This document shows, piece after piece, positions 1 through 12,321 of a stretch of 64,000 bases of DNA (position 1 is the stretch's first letter; the number at the start of each line of letters is the position of its first letter). The notes below the pieces were generated by a model that saw only the letters and a program-made list of their open reading frames with translations, made no database searches and was not told the origin of the DNA. Both the position numbers and the translations under genes were made by a program. Origin of the DNA: Lama glama. Taxonomy: Eukaryota. The stretch spans positions 4,466,001 to 4,530,000 of the forward strand of contig CM052816.1 in NCBI GenBank assembly GCA_028534125.1, read 5' to 3'.

Positions 1-16
1 CAGGGGGTCTAAGGCC

Positions 17-185
17 AGGTTTTCAAACATTTCATATGCATATTGAACACCTAATGCTTTAACTGCAAAACTCAGCGCCCTTCTCCAGGGATTCTGCTCT
101 GGAGTAAGGCGAAAGAATCTTAAACAAGAACCCAAGGATTCTGATACATGGTCCACGGAACACGTTCTGAAAAATACCATTCTAG
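17..185. mobile_element. MER5A-like hAT-Charlie DNA transposon relic
   Basis: Begins caggtttttcaaac and contains gattctgatacatggtccacggaacacgttctgaaaaatacca, resembling the MER5A terminus; very diverged. Confidence 0.5.
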
Positions 186-969
186 AGCTGAGGTGGTGGT
201 ATAGAGTCAACTAGGTGGTGCCTTTCTCAGGGATTTATTGGCACATAACAATTTTACAAAAGAGCCAAGCAGACTTTGTGGAGTAAGGGCAATAGGGTAA
301 CTTCCCTTTAAGGTTTAATGTTAATAGAAGGTATCTGATGGAGAATGGGTTGGTTATGACTGAGGCCAAGTGGATTACCAGAGGATTCCTTTGGGCCCAG
401 AGAAGAACCCTTGTGGGAAGACAGGGTTGTAGGCTGGGGTACAGAGAGAACACTTTAGGTGATACCCTCCCTGACCCAGCCTCCCTGGCGGATCTCAACT
501 GAAACAGCCTTCCTAAGAGGCCCATCTCAATGGTCTAGAGCAGGGTTTTTGTTTGTTGTTCATTTTAAGTGTGGGAAACAATTAACTGAATGCAAAGCAA
601 AATCTTTCTTCAAAACGTCGGGAGGAATAGGGTGAAGGAGAGGGTGACCCCAGGGTTCTACATCTTCTTGTGAGATGCATCTTTCTCATCCAGGCAGGAT
701 GATTCTTAGAGTGATCATCTGAGGGAGACTGAGGGTAAGAAATCTCAGGACCAGACTCCTCATTCATCTGAGCATGAGTCAGAGTCAATTTGAGCATTAA
801 GACAAATATGACCTTATTTTGTTCTTGTAGGTAGGTGAGGTCTGGAGATATTGGTAACGCTTAGCAAGATTGAAATGCATCTGAACAAACTTGCCCATTT
901 GGGAGACAGGAAAACTGAGGATAAGAAAGAGGACAAGAGCTGGTCAACACCATATGGCTGCAAATCCAA

Positions 970-1230
970 AATTCACTTATTCACTTAAACTTTTAAATAT
1001 CTTTTGAGCATCTACCATAGAGCTTAGTTCTTGTAGATAAACACGAATTTCAATTCAATAAACATTTACAAATCCCCTACTATGAGCCTGGCACTGGGAT
1101 GGACATGGGGGATGTGAAAATAAATCAGACACAGATTTTCTGTTGAGGTGCTCACTGTGTAATGGAGAAGAGGCAGATTTACAAAGAAGAGATCATTGTA
1201 CGATGTGATAAATGCCACTCTTGATGAATG
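970..1230 (-). mobile_element. L2 LINE 3' end fragments
   Basis: attcaataaacattta...ctactatgagcctggcactggg...aaataaatcagacacag is the reverse complement of the L2 3' tail. Confidence 0.7.
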
Positions 1231-1384
1231 TGTATCACGGGATCACACCTAAAATGTAAAAAGCCATCTTCTTATCTTATTCATGATAACAAACAAATCT
1301 AATAACATGTATTAGACTTAACTAAAGAGGTTTATTATTAAAACCGAATAGGATAAGCCCTGAAAACAAGCAGGAACACTTTAA

Positions 1385-2140
1385 AATCTACATCATTAAT
1401 CATTTGAGAAATGCAAAACAAAGTCACAATGAGACACCACTCTGCACCTACGAGAATGCCTAAAATTTAAAGCACTAACCATGTCAGGCACTGGCAAATA
1501 TGTAGAGCAACTGGAACTCTCACACCTTGCCAGGAGGATTGTAAAATAGCAAAGACACTTTGTAAAACAGTTTAGAAAACAGTACACTCCATCTGGCTTA
1601 AAAAGCTAAAATTTATTTACTATACAATCCAGCCACTTAACTCCAAGGTATTTATCCAAGAGAAAAGAAAGTCAAGGTTCAAAGACTTACACACAAATGT
1701 TCACAGCAGCTTTATTTGTCATCACCCCAAATGGGAAGCCACCTAAATGTTTTTCAACGGGTGATTGGACAGTCACTGGTTAGATATCCACACAACAGAA
1801 TATTACTCAGCAATGAAAAGGAAGGAATTATCAGCACACACAACAACAAGGATGAATCTCACAACAATCATGCCGAGTGAAAGAAGCCAGAAAAACAGCA
1901 CAAAGGATGTATGATTCCATTTTTATGCAATACTAGAAAGTGTAATTTCTAGGGATAAAATGCAAATCAGTGGTTGCCTGGTGAGGGGTTTGTGGTGCAT
2001 GAAGGAGTGGAAAGAGGGGGCTCAAAGGGGCATAAGGAAACTTTTGAGAATGATGATTTCACAGGTCTATTTATATGTCAAAACTTATCAAAGTATGCAC
2101 TTCATGTTCAGTTTACCAATAAGGCTGCTAAAAAAATAAA
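1385..2140 (+). mobile_element. Old L1 (L1MB/MC-type), decayed ORF2 end and 3' UTR
   Basis: gaaatgcaaaacaaagtcacaatgagacaccac, tagagcaactggaactctcacac, aatgttcacagcagctttatt, ending in aataaggctgctaaaaaaataaa. Confidence 0.88.
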
Positions 2141-2199
2141 GAAGCAAAACAGTAAGAATGAATCCTAAGTGAAAAAAAAAGGAAAAAAAGAAAACAAAT

Positions 2200-2420
2200 C
2201 AAGGAACTCAGAGTTACAAGACCTGACCTCCGAGTGGGAGCCCCGCTACCTACCATCTGCATGGGCACACATGGGTCTCCTAACTTGTCTCTTACTGTTT
2301 TCTTAGCTAGCAAATGGGGATAATAATTCTTCTCTAATTTATTTTATGAGGTTATAATGAGGAGCTAATAGAGGAACAAATGCAAAAGGGCTTCATTAAA
2401 TTTTAAAACATCATGCACTA
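2200..2420 (+). mobile_element. MIR SINE
   Basis: Degenerate core gttttcttagctagcaaatggggataataa and MIR-like tail. Confidence 0.6.
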
Positions 2421-3359
2421 AGTGCTGCTTGTCCTGGTGACTCTACGGAGGCGGGAAATCTCCCCGAGGACTGGTTACAGGGAAGATGGCTGGAGGGTGA
2501 GAGGATGCAACACATCTAGGAGGACCAGTGAAGCCAGGACAAAGAGAGGTGCCTCTAAAGGATGGAGGGGAAGGCACTGGGAGAGCCGACAGGGCAGCAT
2601 GGAGAGTGGTAGGTGTGACTCTAGTGGGCTGGCGGGCAGGGGAATGAAGCCAACAGACAAGGAAGAGGAACGCAGAGGGTAGAGCCTGGACATCGGGCTG
2701 AGGACAAGGGAACTCTTGAGAACACAGTCTCGCCTTCCTTACTGCACTCAGACTGATTTTCGTGAAACTCAGCTTCCCCACTGCTCTTGGGATGCAGACG
2801 ACAAAGCCTTAGCATGGCCACACCCCCGGCCTGGCCCCTGCCCTCCTGTCCAAGCTCAAGCCCTGCTATTGTCCCCAGCCCTCTGCATACCGCCCCCTTC
2901 TCTGCAGGCAGCACAGAGACTCAGTCATGCTATTTCCTTGGCTTACACCCTGTTCCTGCCCATGTGCCAAACCTCTACTCGTGCAACAGATCTCAGATGG
3001 GCTGTTGCTTCAGAGGAGCCTGGCCTGGCCTCCCAAACTCAATCAGATGCCCCTGGGACACCTTCTGACAGCACCAAGAATAGTTCTTCCACAGCACGTG
3101 TGGCTGTTACACTTACACTGCTCAGTGTGGTGACTTGACCAGGCCTGTCTTGCTGCTCCCTTCACAGGGATGGGACAAGGTCTATCTCTGCTCTCCCCCG
3201 CCATCTGTACACCTACCACGGGTACAGAAAACATGGTGAACAAAGGAATAAATCAAAGTCTTGTGAGAAAAAGATTTTCTCTGAACCCTTGAGAATTAGA
3301 GAACCAGTGATAGGCGTGTCTGTGAGACCACTCCACACGCCATCATCTATAATGTAGGC

Positions 3360-3480
3360 CTTTTTTTAATTCCCATTTTACAGATGTGGACACTAAGGTT
3401 CAGGGAAGTCAAGTCACACTGCTCACAAGTGGCAGATCGAGGAGGTGACCTGACTCCAAGGCCTGACCGCTTAGCCAGCC
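3360..3480 (-). mobile_element. MIR SINE
   Basis: cccattttacagatgtggacactaaggttcagggaagtcaagtcac (reverse MIR core). Confidence 0.8.
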
Positions 3481-4169
3481 TTATCCCTTGAATTTTAAAA
3501 GGCAAGTTGATCCCTAAGGCCCTGTCCAGCTCTAGCTTTCTCCAATCCTATAATTTCCAGGATATTAGCTGGTGGATTCCCCAACAAGGCAGCCCCCATC
3601 GGCTCCCTGCCTTAACCTTTCAAGCAGCTGGGGCACCTGCCAATGTTTTCCCCCAGCAACAAAACTCTCTTCCTCTTCTAGGCTAAGAAATGAGAAGAAT
3701 TACAACCTAATTGACTCCATGTTTAGTTTACATCAGCAGTGCTGACTCTAAATTAATATTTTGACATCAATCTTCATCTGCTGTGTGATGACTTGGAGCC
3801 GTGTCCTCCCTGGGTGAGCCTGGGGCAGCAGCTCCCAGGAGGGGAAGGGTCAGAGGAGCCTTGACCTCCCCAAGACTAATGAATTGCTTTGCTAGATGGA
3901 AACTGTTGCTCAGAGAGAGCTTCTCCTTTCAAGTACACAAGCTGTCTCCATTTCTGATAACTGTGTCCCCTAGGTCAGAGTGGGTTATGGGATTTTCTCC
4001 ATAATCAGAAGTGTCTGAGCACTGGTCAGTCATTAGAACACACGTTAACAATTTGTGGGCGTCTACCAGCCCCTTAATGTGCACACCAGATGATCTTCTT
4101 GTTACGTCCACTTAGCATTAGTCTAATTGGTGTCTGTGGGGTGGGGTGGGGTGGTAGAGAAAAAAATCT

Positions 4170-4360
4170 AGTGAGTGCTTTATGTCTCCCAGGCACCCCT
4201 GTCCCACTGAATTCTCACAACTATCCATCCAGGCAAATATTATTATTATCCCCATTTTATTGGTGATAAAACAGGCTCAGAGAAGTTGTTACTCAAAATC
4301 ACACAGGGAGGACAGGCAGGATCAGATTCAAATCCAGATTTGCCTGGCTTTGGGCCTGCC
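4170..4360 (-). mobile_element. MIR SINE
   Basis: attattatccccattttattggtgataaaacaggctcagagaagtt...ggatcagattcaaatccag. Confidence 0.8.
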
Positions 4361-5031
4361 TAATGTTTATGGGTTTAATAACCAACACTTGGAACAGAGA
4401 GTCTAACACACTTTACAAAGAAATAAAAATTCAGTTACATCTAGACATACATCTAGTCAATGACAGTATTTCAAATAATGAAACTGGATCAGTAGTGTTC
4501 CAAGAAGGGTCCACAGACTGGGGCCAGTCCGTGAGCTGTGGGTCACCAGTCCACTGGGGTGAGTACGGAAATTAAGAGAAAGCATTTAGAGATGTTGATA
4601 ACAAGGTGACTTAGGTGTAGCATCCAGGCATGTGACCACAGAAGTCAGAAATACTAATCCATAATAGGTAGGAAACAAAAATTGCAGATGGTTTATTTCC
4701 ACAGATAGATTTTGAACAGCACTGAATTATATGAAATTGGGTCTGGGGGTGCGGTATCATTTGAGGGGTATCTAGTCAGTACTGCATCAAGGTCAAGGGT
4801 AAGGGTTGCCGGAGGCTCACTGCTGCCGACGAGTCTCCAGCTCCTCGGTGTATTAGCTTGGGCAAATGACTCCACCTCTAGTGACTTAAAAAAAAAAAGT
4901 ATTCAATAAAGGCTAGCTGCTGCATTTACGTGCTGCTTAGCTGACAGTATTATTATTATCCTTATTACTTGTCTTTTATTGATGCCTTCTATTAGAATAT
5001 ACTCCTTTGGGTTAAGCTAGTAGCCCTATTT

Positions 5032-5153
5032 TGTTTTTTGGTTTAGGGTTTTGTTTTGTTTTGTTTTGTTTTGTTTTTGAGACTAGAATAGCACAAGCTT
5101 TATTCAACGGCCAAAGAATGGAGAAGCAGGAACCTAGTTCACAAATCAACTTT
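5032..5153 (-). mobile_element. 5'-truncated retrocopy of a polyadenylated, ERV-LTR-R-like RNA with (CAAAA)n tail and 16-bp TSD
   Basis: Minus-strand AATAAA (5099-5104) 20 nt before the A-rich tail (5032-5078); flanking direct repeats gctagtagccctattt (5016-5031) and gctagcagccctgttt (5154-5169). Confidence 0.8.
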
Positions 5154-5464
5154 GCTAGCAGCCCTGTTTCGAAATGTGAATTCCTCCCTAGAGAGTAAGT
5201 TATTTCTTCATATCGGCTCAATCTATGATATATCGCTGAGCCAGTGATACCCAGGGAAAGGGAGCTGGGGGATGGGAAAGAACCCGAGAGGTCCTGGGGG
5301 GTGGGTGGAGGCACAGGAGGGAGTTCATGCGCAAGACTTGTGGAAGACAGACTTGGAAGGGCAGGACCTTGAGACGTAGGAATCTGGAGGCACGGAGCAG
5401 GGACAGGACCTGGTGGTTACCTGGGGAGTATCTTGAAGAAGGCAGAGAAGATACATTCAAATCA

Positions 5465-5760
5465 GGAGCAGAGAGTATGGTTAAGAGCCAGAATCTAAAG
5501 CCAGAAGTCTGGGCTTAAATCTTGTCTTTGTCATTTAATAACTATATGACCCTTGGATAAGTTACAATACCTTTTAGTCTAAAATAGAATAAAATACTAC
5601 TACTACAAACCTCACAGGGTGCTTATGAAGTCAGGGAGGGTGTGTGTGTGTCTATGCATGTATATATATAGACACAGATACAGAAAGCTATTTATCCATC
5701 TCAGTGCCCAGCACACAGTCAGAGTTATGAAGTACTGGCTATAATCATTAATACCAGTAC
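5465..5760 (+). mobile_element. MIR SINE
   Basis: agtatggttaagagccagaatctaaagccag...tatgacccttggataagttac...cagtgcccagcacacagt. Confidence 0.82.
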
Positions 5761-6619
5761 TAGTGGCAGGCGCAACAGGGCATTCCAACTATGGGCAGCT
5801 CTGTTAAAAGTCTTTGCTGTTAATTTCAAGACATACCCCATGAGGCTATGAAGATGACTCAGCACAACCCAGTCTCACTGCTGGAAAATCAGCACGGGAC
5901 AGGTCAGTAAACCTGGCCGGCTCTGCACACAAATGACAAGGCTCTCAAAAAATAAAAATCAGTCTTCCTGAAGCTGTCTCCTCCTAATTACTCCATAAGA
6001 TCCCTTGGGGATTATGGCTTCAGACTTTGGCAGGCACAGAACCTCATTTGTCAAGTGCAGCATTGGGCGCTGTCCATCCTGGGACCGCCTGGATGCAACA
6101 GGCCCCCGCCTTGTCTCCCCACCCCAGGGCTGCTCTGTTGCCACGTACGGGAACCAGTATGACCCCAAGAGTATCACCCTAAAAAATCACATTGCAGGCC
6201 ATGTTAAAACATTCAGGGCTTCCAGATGACCTGTAAGACAAAAACCTACTCTGGAGGAATCCCTTAGCTCCAACTCTCTCTGGCATATTGCAAGTTTGGT
6301 GAAAGAATAAATGAATCAGTCAGTCTGGTCCAATCTTTTCCTTTACAGATGACCAAATATGGGGCCAATGGAAGCAAGTGATTTATCTAAATTGTCAATG
6401 GGAATAAAAGGTAACTTTTAATGAAGCAGAGTATAATTTTATTTTCATTGGAAACTATTTTAAAAGACAGAAAGGTTGGAACTCCAATGCAGAAATTTCA
6501 GGCATCTTGTGGATAAGAGAGAGATTTTGGAGTGGGGTAGGAAAGAAAGGGGACTTAAGACTGCCTCTTAAACCATGCTACACAGACAATATTCTGCCTC
6601 CCTATAAACTGGGCTCCAA

Positions 6620-7240
6620 CCAGGAGAATGGGAAGTTGTCTTTACTCCCAATTTGCCAATACTGTTACATCCCCAAGCCAGGCAGGGAGAAAAGAGTACC
6701 TCTATTGTGGAAAAACCTGGTAGGCACCACCTTAACCAAATGATCAAAGTTAACATTATTAGAGAGAAGTTATGTTAATGTCATGTGACTCCAAAGTGAT
6801 ATGATGAAAAAGGCACTTTGTCTTATTCTCCCCCAAAAAGTCATAACTCCAGTCTAGTTACAAGGAAAACAACAAACACACATTGAGCGCCATTTTACAA
6901 AGTGTGGAACCAACCAGAAACCTGAAAACTGTCAAGGTCAAGTGAAATAAGAAGAGACCCAGAAGCTGTCAGAGACCAGAAGAGGATGGGGAGACATGAC
7001 AGCTAAATGCAACGTGGTGCCCTGGCTTCCATCCTGGAACAAAAAAAGAACATCAGCAGATAAACCTGGTAAAATCAGGACCAAGCTGGCCTCTTCATTT
7101 TGACAAATGCACCACGCTAATGTAAGATGCTATCTTTAGAGGAAAGATGAGAGGTGGACACCAGGACTCTCTGTACTATCTTGCAATTTTTCTGTAAATC
7201 TGAAATTATTCCAAAATTTAAAAATGTATTTTTAAAAAGT
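6620..7240 (+). mobile_element. Old L1 3' UTR (L1MC4/L1MD-like)
   Basis: gtggaaaaacctggtaggcaccaccttaaccaaatgatcaaagttaacat; ggagacatgacagctaaatgcaacgtg; ctctgtactatcttgcaatttttctgtaaatctgaaattattccaaaat. Confidence 0.88.
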
Positions 7241-7580
7241 CTTTGGAGAGGTTCAGAACAAGAGAGTTGAGCCCCATAAGTTCAGACCAGCAGAGATTTC
7301 TGAGTGGACAACTGGGTAACTCGTCAAGAGCTTATCTGTCTGTGGATGAGGGTCTGGAGTGTGGACCAGAAATGTTACAACAGGACAGCCGTAAAATCAC
7401 TCTAATGAATGAGCCTTCCCCGTCCATCAGGCACAGGATGGGAACCAGGAATTTCCTCTACTTTTAGGTGGACTCAACCCCCCATCCTTCCACTAGAAAA
7501 ATAAAAAGCTTATCAGTTTGCTTCTGTGATGTTACAGACAGAGATATACACACATAACTTCTGCTAGTCTTCCCTCAAAT

Positions 7581-7783
7581 TGTAGGTTCGCCAGATAAAC
7601 TATAAGACACCCAGTGAAATCTGAGGTTATAGATAAACAGTGACATGCAACATACATACCTGGGACGTGTGATATCTAGGATATTCGATTTGGGGGCATA
7701 CTTATGCTAAAAATTATTGGTTTATCTAAAATTTCAATTTAACTGGACCTCTGGTATTTTCACTTGTTAAATCTGGCAACTCT
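7581..7783. mobile_element. MER53 palindromic hAT MITE, full length, 8-bp TSD
   Basis: Termini taggttcgccagataaa...aaatctggcaactct; TSD cctcaaat at 7573-7580 and 7784-7791. Confidence 0.85.
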
Positions 7784-7794
7784 CCTCAAATATC

Positions 7795-8032
7795 TTATCA
7801 ATGAAGCCTACCTTGATCTTCCGCTTTAAAATTGTAACCCACCCTTCCCACACACCCTACTGCCATTTTTTCCTTGATATACAACCTAACACGTTATATA
7901 GTTTATCTGTTTATCATCTGTCTCTATATGCTGTAACATAAGCTTCCTGAAGGAAGAGTTCATTCAGTGACCCCAAATATACTGTTGGCATGTAGGAGAT
8001 ACTCAATAAAGATGTGCTGAATAAATGAGTAT
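7795..8032 (+). mobile_element. L2 3' end
   Basis: tgtaacataagcttcctgaaggaagag...ggcatgtaggagatactcaataaagatgtgctgaataaatga. Confidence 0.82.
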
Positions 8033-8039
8033 CTTAAGG

Positions 8040-8250
8040 GAGTAAGATTTACTGAGTTTCTGCATCACATCAGGCATTGTAGTAGCTGTTTGGGATACGC
8101 ACAATAATCTGCAGTAAATGTTCTCTTTTTCACAGTCAAGGCTCAGAGAGGTTTGGTAACGTGGTCAAGATCACACAGCTATTACGCTGCAAGTCTAGGA
8201 TATATACCCAGATCTGGCAAAGTTAAAAGCCACTCGACTTTTGCTGTGCC
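8040..8250 (-). mobile_element. MIR SINE
   Basis: aaggctcagagaggtttggtaacgtggtcaagatcacacagcta. Confidence 0.75.
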
Positions 8251-9064
8251 AGGCATCAGACAGATCTCGTCAAGAACTTCAATTTCTATTTATTTATCTT
8301 TGGTGAGAATTTATAGAAGTGTTCCATTTGGTGTGTGAAGTCCGTTACATTCGGGAAAATGATCTTCAGATGACTGGTCCTGGTTTGCACAAAATGGCGT
8401 TTTGCAGATGTATAGGACAGAATGCAAGTGATTGCTCTCCACAGCTCTGTGGGCCCCTGTCCTATATCAAAGCCGCCTCGATTCATTTGCCTCCTCTCAT
8501 GTTCAAAGCACACATTTGTTAAATTGTTTCAAGATGTCTCCAAGGCGCAATTTTGTTTTATAGTCACTGTCAACCCAAACCATTTAATGTTAATTTCCTA
8601 CAACCTACTCTGCTGTCAGCTTTCCTCATCCTTGATATTTATTTCCCAGCTAAATGTGCATTTATTTGTTGGTATTTTTATTAAATTAGGCCGTAATAAA
8701 TCTGACTGCACTTACATCTATTTTCCCTTTGTGCTCAAGAAATCTAAGTCAGTTGATGTGTTTATTCACTGCGTGACCAATTGCCCAGAGCAACTGATGA
8801 AGAGCAAGTGCTATGATGTTAAGACTACAGGGAGGCAGAGCCCAGAAGCCCACTTGTGGTGTGGTGGTACATCTTGAGGTCCAGGATGGGTTCTGACACC
8901 TGCATCATTTAGATAAGCACCTCCGATTGATAGACAAAAAAGACATAGTGTTCTTTATCCCGTTCATCACTGAGAACTTGGAGAGGCGGGTGGGATGCAA
9001 AGAGAAAACTTGATGAGTGAGTAGGGAGACTATGAAATGATCTCAATCTCCTGCTGCCTCGTCA

Positions 9065-9330
9065 GCAAGTATAAGAATGATTAAGAGCACAGGTCTAGGA
9101 GTCAGACAGACAGAACTTGTCTCCCACCTTGCCAGCTTGCTATCTGTCTAATAACTCTGAGCAAGCTACTTAACCTCTCTAAGCCTGAAACATCTCATTT
9201 ATAAAATGGGGGTAATTAGAATACCAACTGCATAGGACAATTATAAAGCCCTAATGAGATAATGTACATATATGCTTAATACTCTGCCTAACATATTGTA
9301 ACTGCTTCCAAAATTATGAATGAGTGCCAT
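9065..9330 (+). mobile_element. MIR SINE, near full length
   Basis: gattaagagcacaggtctaggagtcagacaga...gcaagctacttaacctctctaagcctg...ataaaatggggg. Confidence 0.88.
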
Positions 9331-10399
9331 TACTTCCTTTCTTGGCTCCAGACCCCAGATGCTTCTTGTATTTGGTTCTATCCGGTTTGGGCTGGCATTC
9401 TGTATAACACTTGCCTGTCCTCAGTTATCTGTGTGGGAGCCATGATTCAGAACTGTGACTGAGCCAAGTCAAACTGGAGTACCTTCTTTCATATTCAGGC
9501 TAAGACGTTTCCAGTTTAACTAAGAGAACCCCGGGGCGCTCCAGCTGCACAGAGTAGGAAAACAATCCCAAACTCTGAAGCCAAAGGACCTCTATCTGAG
9601 ATCCCAGTGATCTTGCCAAAGTTGCAAGAGCTTGAGGAAGCTGCTTTGATTTCCCAGAGACTCAATGTGCTAGTCCATAAAACGGGGACAATATCTTACC
9701 AGCCTGCCATCTCCCATGTAACTGCTCAGTGAGTTGCAAAGAATCGCACAGATGTTCATGAATATCTTTTTTCAGCCATCTAGGCTCTCTGGCAAATGAG
9801 GGAAGAGAAACTTACAGGATCTAAATTTCTGGAAGAAGTGAGGATGGTGATTACGTTTTGTGCTTACTAGGATGATCTTGGCTGAGTAAGTATGGTTCTT
9901 GGGGATAGGAGAATGAATTGATAGTATCTCTGTTGGGGAACTTGTAGACTTATATCAAATTATTTGGGACATCCTCAGATCTGGCCTAGGATGAAAACAC
10001 AGATTTTTTTCTGAGTACTTCCAGGAATATGGTTCTGCTATAATTTCCTACTAACTAAACAACATAATGCACAATCGAAAGTTTTACAGAATTTATGCAG
10101 CTAAAGAAGCATGTGATTGCCTCATCAAATGGGCCATATTAATCTACTGAGTTCCAACAATGAGGGTATGATTGATGTAATAAAACATTAGCTTCCTTAG
10201 ATGTAACTAAAGTTTGAGTCATTGCCCAGCAAATTACCTGCTTAAAAACACATGTGTCAGCATTAAGTCCTGAAATCGAAATTATATGCAAGATTTCTAT
10301 AAAACAAGGATGAATGAAAAGGAAACAGTAGGAAAAAAAGCTTGGAGAAACAGTGTAACCCATCAGAAGAGACACTAGACTGCCTCTCTGTTCCTGGAA

Positions 10400-10830
10400 T
10401 AATAATAACCATGACTGCCATTTATTGAGCATCTACTATTTTCCCAGCTCTCTATATACAATGTGCAATTTACTTTATTTATTTGGTCCCTCGGATGCAG
10501 TGATTTCCAAAATTTCGGCTGCATCGGAATCACCTGGGGGCTTGTTAAAACCAGCATGCTGGACCCCACCCCAGAGTCTCTGATTCAGCCAGTTGAAGCC
10601 CGGCCAGAGAATTTGCATTTTTAAAGTCAGAGGTGATGCTGATGCTGCTAGTTCAGGCCCTGTGCTCTGAGGACCCTGCTGAGGGAAGACAGGCACTGGT
10701 ATCCCTGCTTTACAGACATCAATGGAGACGAGGAAGGTCACAGGATGTGCCTGAGGTTTCACACCTTGAGAATCAGAGCCAACTCAGGTCTGTGTGTACT
10801 GGAGTCCAAGACCTATGTCCACAAAGACAG
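10400..10830 (-). mobile_element. MIR SINE interrupted by MER5A
   Basis: aataataataaccatgactgccatttattgagcatctact on the left; ctttacagac...aggtcacaggatgtgcctgaggtttcacac on the right. Confidence 0.65.
10498..10678. mobile_element. MER5A hAT-Charlie element
   Basis: cagtgatttccaaaatttcggctgcatcggaatcacctgggggcttgttaaaa...gtgatgctgatgctgctagttcaggccc. Confidence 0.88.
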
Positions 10831-10939
10831 GGGAAAAGAGGAAGGGCAATGAAAGGGAAGAAACCTACTTTGAAAGGACTGTTTTCTCGTCCAGGAGAGG
10901 AAAAGAAAAGAGAAAAGGGAAGGAAAGAAAAGGGAAGGA

Positions 10940-11120
10940 GAGACACCGTATTCAAAGTCAGAAGCCTTGCTCCCTGGGACCTCATGCGAGCCCTGAGCCT
11001 TGGATTCCTCCTCTATAAAAGGGGCACGTGCCCTTCCAAGATTATTGTAATGATCAAATTCAAATGAGATGGGAAAGCATTTTGGAAAATCCAGAGTATT
11101 ACACACGTAAGGAAAGGTTA
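10940..11120 (+). mobile_element. MIR SINE
   Basis: ctgagccttggattcctcctctataaaagggg...gatcaaattcaaatgagatgggaaagcattttg. Confidence 0.6.
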
Positions 11121-11727
11121 GAAACAAGTGAAACAGATGAAAAAATTAAAACACCTTGACTGAGAGCATTTCTAGCTCTCCACCTTTTTACAGAGGCAGT
11201 GCCAGCTGTATAGTGGACATGAGGCTAATGGATGTGGGACTTTGGAGCTATCCTTGCAGGCAGTTCCTCCTATGGAAAATAGAGACAACCCTTGTGTACT
11301 TCACAAAATTCGGGAAACCTCCACTGAGACAAGATATGCAAACAATATTTTGTAAACTGCAAAGCACTCTACAGTATAAGAAAATACCTTCAGCAATATT
11401 ATAAATACTACTGTTTAAAGAATCCAGTGGAAAACTTCTTGAACTTCTCTTTCCTTTTCCTTTCTTTTCATTTGTTTCTTTTTCTTATTTCATCTACTCC
11501 CATGTTTCTTCAGTTTAACTCTGCTTGCAATCCATTAAAATGTGTGCATCAAAAGCAGACTATCCGGTGAACACATCAAATTAATGTGTCTTGCATTGAC
11601 AATGGGGATCACTTTGAATGAGTTTATTGCTTGGAATAAAAGCCATACTCCTTACCATGACTTGCTAGACCTATCTCCTTCCTGGTCTCATCTCCAACCT
11701 TCCTCTCCTAGATCTAGGCAATCTATT

Positions 11728-12051
11728 TATCTTAGTCTGGTCCAGCTGCTGTAAGAAAAATACTATAAATTATGTGGCTTATAAACATACATCTACATCT
11801 CATAGCCTGGAAGCTGAGAAGTCCAAGATTATGGTGCTGAAAAATTTGGTGTCTGGTGAGGACTTGTTTCCTAATTAACAGCCATTTTTCCACCATGTCT
11901 TCACACAGCAAAAGAGGCAAAGGAGCTTTCTGAAGTCTCTTTTATAGGGGCACTAATCACTTCCCAAAGGCTCCATCCTCCAACCCCATCACTGTGGGAA
12001 TTAAAATTCAACATATGAATTTGGGAGGAGACTATACATTCAATGCATCGT
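11728..12051 (-). mobile_element. MaLR solo LTR (MLT1A-like)
   Basis: tcttagtctggtccagctgctgtaag...ggaagctgagaagtccaagat...ttcaacatatgaatttgggaggagac. Confidence 0.88.
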
Positions 12052-12321
12052 ATTGCCCTTCCTTATACTTCTTCTTCCAACACACAACACGTGTTCCTGC
12101 CTCAGGACCTTTACATATGATGGTATTTCCCTGAGTCTACAGCACCTTGCCCCAGATGGTCATCAGCCTGCTTCCCTCCCATGGTGCAACCTTGGCTCAG
12201 ATCTCACCTCCTCAGAGGGGCCCTCCTGAGGATTCTCAGTCTATAATAAAGCAGAACCCTAGTCCCTCCATACCACGTCACTCCATTTCAACATCTTCTT
12301 GCCACATTGTGTGCTCCCAAT

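Noticed and set aside
810..845. Acceptor/donor-like motifs (ttttgttcttgtag|gtaggtgag) and other isolated splice-like sites such as caggtaagta near 39640
   Set aside because: No consistent exon chain or coding signal; non-coding exons cannot be called without transcript data
5170..5460. Possible extension of the retrocopy, and the short hairpin ggctca...tgagcc
   Set aside because: The TSD at 5154-5169 bounds the insert, so this is flanking DNA; a 6-bp stem is expected by chance
8422..8877. 151-aa ATG ORF
   Set aside because: No recognisable homology; Cys/Phe/Leu-rich composition typical of random AT-rich frames; no splice or promoter support
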